The position numbers were made by a program, and so were the translations under genes. The notes below the pieces were generated by a model that saw only the letters and a program-made list of their open reading frames with translations, had not been told where the DNA came from and did no database searches. From NCBI GenBank assembly GCA_009844425.1, contig VYBN01000001.1:28985-92984 (forward strand): a DNA stretch of 64,000 nucleotides, written 5' to 3'. Positions 62,522 to 64,000 of this stretch are shown in pieces (within the stretch, counting starts at the first letter, position 1; each line of letters begins with the position of its first letter). The DNA is from Gammaproteobacteria bacterium (GTDB lineage Bacteria > Pseudomonadota > Gammaproteobacteria > Steroidobacterales > Foliamicaceae).

Positions 62522-63913
62522 TCAGCCCCCCGGGCGGAAGAATCCGCTGATGTCATTGAACAGGGCCACGAACATGATCGCCAGCACCACCGCCAGCCCC
62601 AGTCGCTGCACGGCGAGCTGGGTCCCTTCGCGAATCGGGCGGCCCCGAAGCTTCTCGATGGTCTGGTTCACGATCTGGCCGCCGTCCAGAATCGGAATGG
62701 GCAACAGGTTGAGTATGCCCAGGCTCACGCTGACCAGCGCCAGGAACATGAGGAACGCGACCCCGCTGATCTGGACCGCTTCTCCCGCGTAGCGGGCGAT
62801 GCCCACGGGGCCGTTCAGGGTGCGCAGCGAAACGTCCCCGGTGAACATGTTGCCGAGCACGCGGAAGGTAAGCGCGGTAATTCGTCCGGTTTCCTGTACG
62901 CCTCGCGCCAGTGCCTGCAACGGCCCCAGGCGCTGGGTCACGAACAGGTGCGAACGCGCCTCGGGAGACTGCGTCACGCCCACGAAGCCGATGGCGGCAG
63001 GGCCGGCCGCGTCCTGCGCGGCAGCCTCGCTGCGGCTGCCGATCCGCAGATAGAGCCGTTGCTGCGTCCCGTTGCGGTCCACGGTCACGGGCACGCTTTC
63101 TCCCGGGCGGGCGCGCACGTATTCGACCCACTGGCGCCAGGTGCCGATGTCCTCCCCGCCGGCCGACAGAATGCGGTCTCCGGGCGCGAAACCGGCCGCG
63201 GCGGCCGGACCATCGGGGAGAATGTCGCCCAGTATGGGACGGGAATCCGTCATCGGTTCGAAACCGGCCGCGGCGAACAGATTGCCGTCTTCGAGTATGG
63301 CCTTCTTCTGCTCGGACAGATCGAGAAGGAGATCGCGCCGGGCGCCCTGCTCGTCCTGAACGGTCACCTCCACCGACGGATCGCCGAGGATCTGCTCGAT
63401 GATGGACATCGCGGCGGATTGCCAGGTGGGCGATTCGCGATCCTCCACGGCCACGATCCGGTCGTCTGGGCGCACGCCGGCCCGCTCCGCCACGCTGCCG
63501 GGCGCCACTCCGCCGACCAGCGGCGCGGCTGCCTGTATGCCGACCATGAAGATCACCCAATAGGCCACGATGGCGAACAGGAAGTTCATGCCGGGACCGG
63601 CTGCGAGAACGAAGATCCGTTGCCAGTAGGGCCGCCGATTGAAGCTGCGATGCAATTCTTCCTCGGCAACCGGTCCCTCGCGCTCGTCCAGCAGGCGCAC
63701 GTATCCGCCCACGGGAAGCGCCCGCAACTGATACTCGGTCTGGTCCAGGCCCGCCTTTCGCCGCCAGATCGCCGGCCCGAAACCGATCGAAAACTCCAGG
63801 ACCCTGACTTTCGACATCCGCGCGGCGATGTAATGCCCCCACTCGTGCACGGCTACAAGCAGGCTTATCGCCAGTACGAACGCGCCAATTGCAATCAGGG
63901 TATCCACCAGCAT
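62522..63913 (-). CDS. rseP: RIP zinc metalloprotease RseP
   Basis: HEWGHY zinc motif at the N-terminus, PDZ region, and C-terminal NLLPIPILDGG. Confidence 0.92.
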   Translation of the reverse strand: MLVDTLIAIGAFVLAISLLVAVHEWGHYIAARMSKVRVLEFSIGFGPAIWRRKAGLDQTEYQLRALPVGGYVRLLDEREGPVAEEELHRSFNRRPYWQRIFVLAAGPGMNFLFAIVAYWVIFMVGIQAAAPLVGGVAPGSVAERAGVRPDDRIVAVEDRESPTWQSAAMSIIEQILGDPSVEVTVQDEQGARRDLLLDLSEQKKAILEDGNLFAAAGFEPMTDSRPILGDILPDGPAAAAGFAPGDRILSAGGEDIGTWRQWVEYVRARPGESVPVTVDRNGTQQRLYLRIGSRSEAAAQDAAGPAAIGFVGVTQSPEARSHLFVTQRLGPLQALARGVQETGRITALTFRVLGNMFTGDVSLRTLNGPVGIARYAGEAVQISGVAFLMFLALVSVSLGILNLLPIPILDGGQIVNQTIEKLRGRPIREGTQLAVQRLGLAVVLAIMFVALFNDISGFFRPGG

Positions 63914-64000
63914 GGCAGGACGGTTTCTCTCTCGGGCCGGTCTTTCGCGGGCTTCTTTTCTATGCTACCAAAACAGGCGCTACGATCCCCGCCTAAAGCG

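Overview
High-GC (about 65-68 %) gammaproteobacterial chromosome segment. Nearly every real gene has long spurious ORFs on the opposite strand.

Layout:
- 1-300: hicAB toxin-antitoxin pair at the window edge.
- 373-12611: uncharacterised catabolic cluster. It has three bicupin paralogs, two M24 hydrolases, two CMD-family proteins, an acetoacetate-decarboxylase-like protein, an alpha/beta hydrolase, a methyltransferase, an AllA-like lyase and a TonB-dependent receptor.
- 12988-35686: about 22.6 kb bounded by two direct copies of the last 17 codons of prfB, with no integrase. It holds a heteroaromatic-type catabolic module (GST, Na+/solute symporter, CoxMSL-type molybdenum hydroxylase, CoxG, RidA, VOC dioxygenase, porin, FAH, GntR, RraA-like aldolase, ALDH), an AAA/DUF4143 ATPase and a 2077-aa Calx-beta autotransporter. 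It also holds gene relics: a GST 3' tail, an ALDH 3' fragment and RNase P RNA pieces.
- 35633-63913: housekeeping block in Pseudomonas-like order. The genes are prfB (with its +1 frameshift), a Mth938-like gene, an acyl-CoA ligase, nlpD, dedA, pcm, surE, ftsB, eno, kdsA, pyrG, tilS, [insertion], accA, dnaE, rnhB, lpxB, lpxA, lpxD, skp, bamA and rseP.

Most interesting signals:
1. A lower-GC two-gene operon sits between accA and tilS. It encodes a Schlafen/AlbA_2 + HATPase_c_4 + helical-repeat protein translationally coupled to an HNH nuclease. This is a candidate uncharacterised defence module.
2. Four copies of a ~110-nt intergenic element have a conserved ~55-nt core closed by a 27-29-bp stem. 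The stem sequence differs between copies but stays complementary, so this may be a structured RNA or hairpin element.
3. Interleaved 3'-end gene relics and split RNase P RNA fragments suggest serial integration at prfB.
4. A 268-bp foldback element with perfect 34-bp terminal inverted repeats abuts a start codon.

No tRNA, rRNA or CRISPR array was seen.
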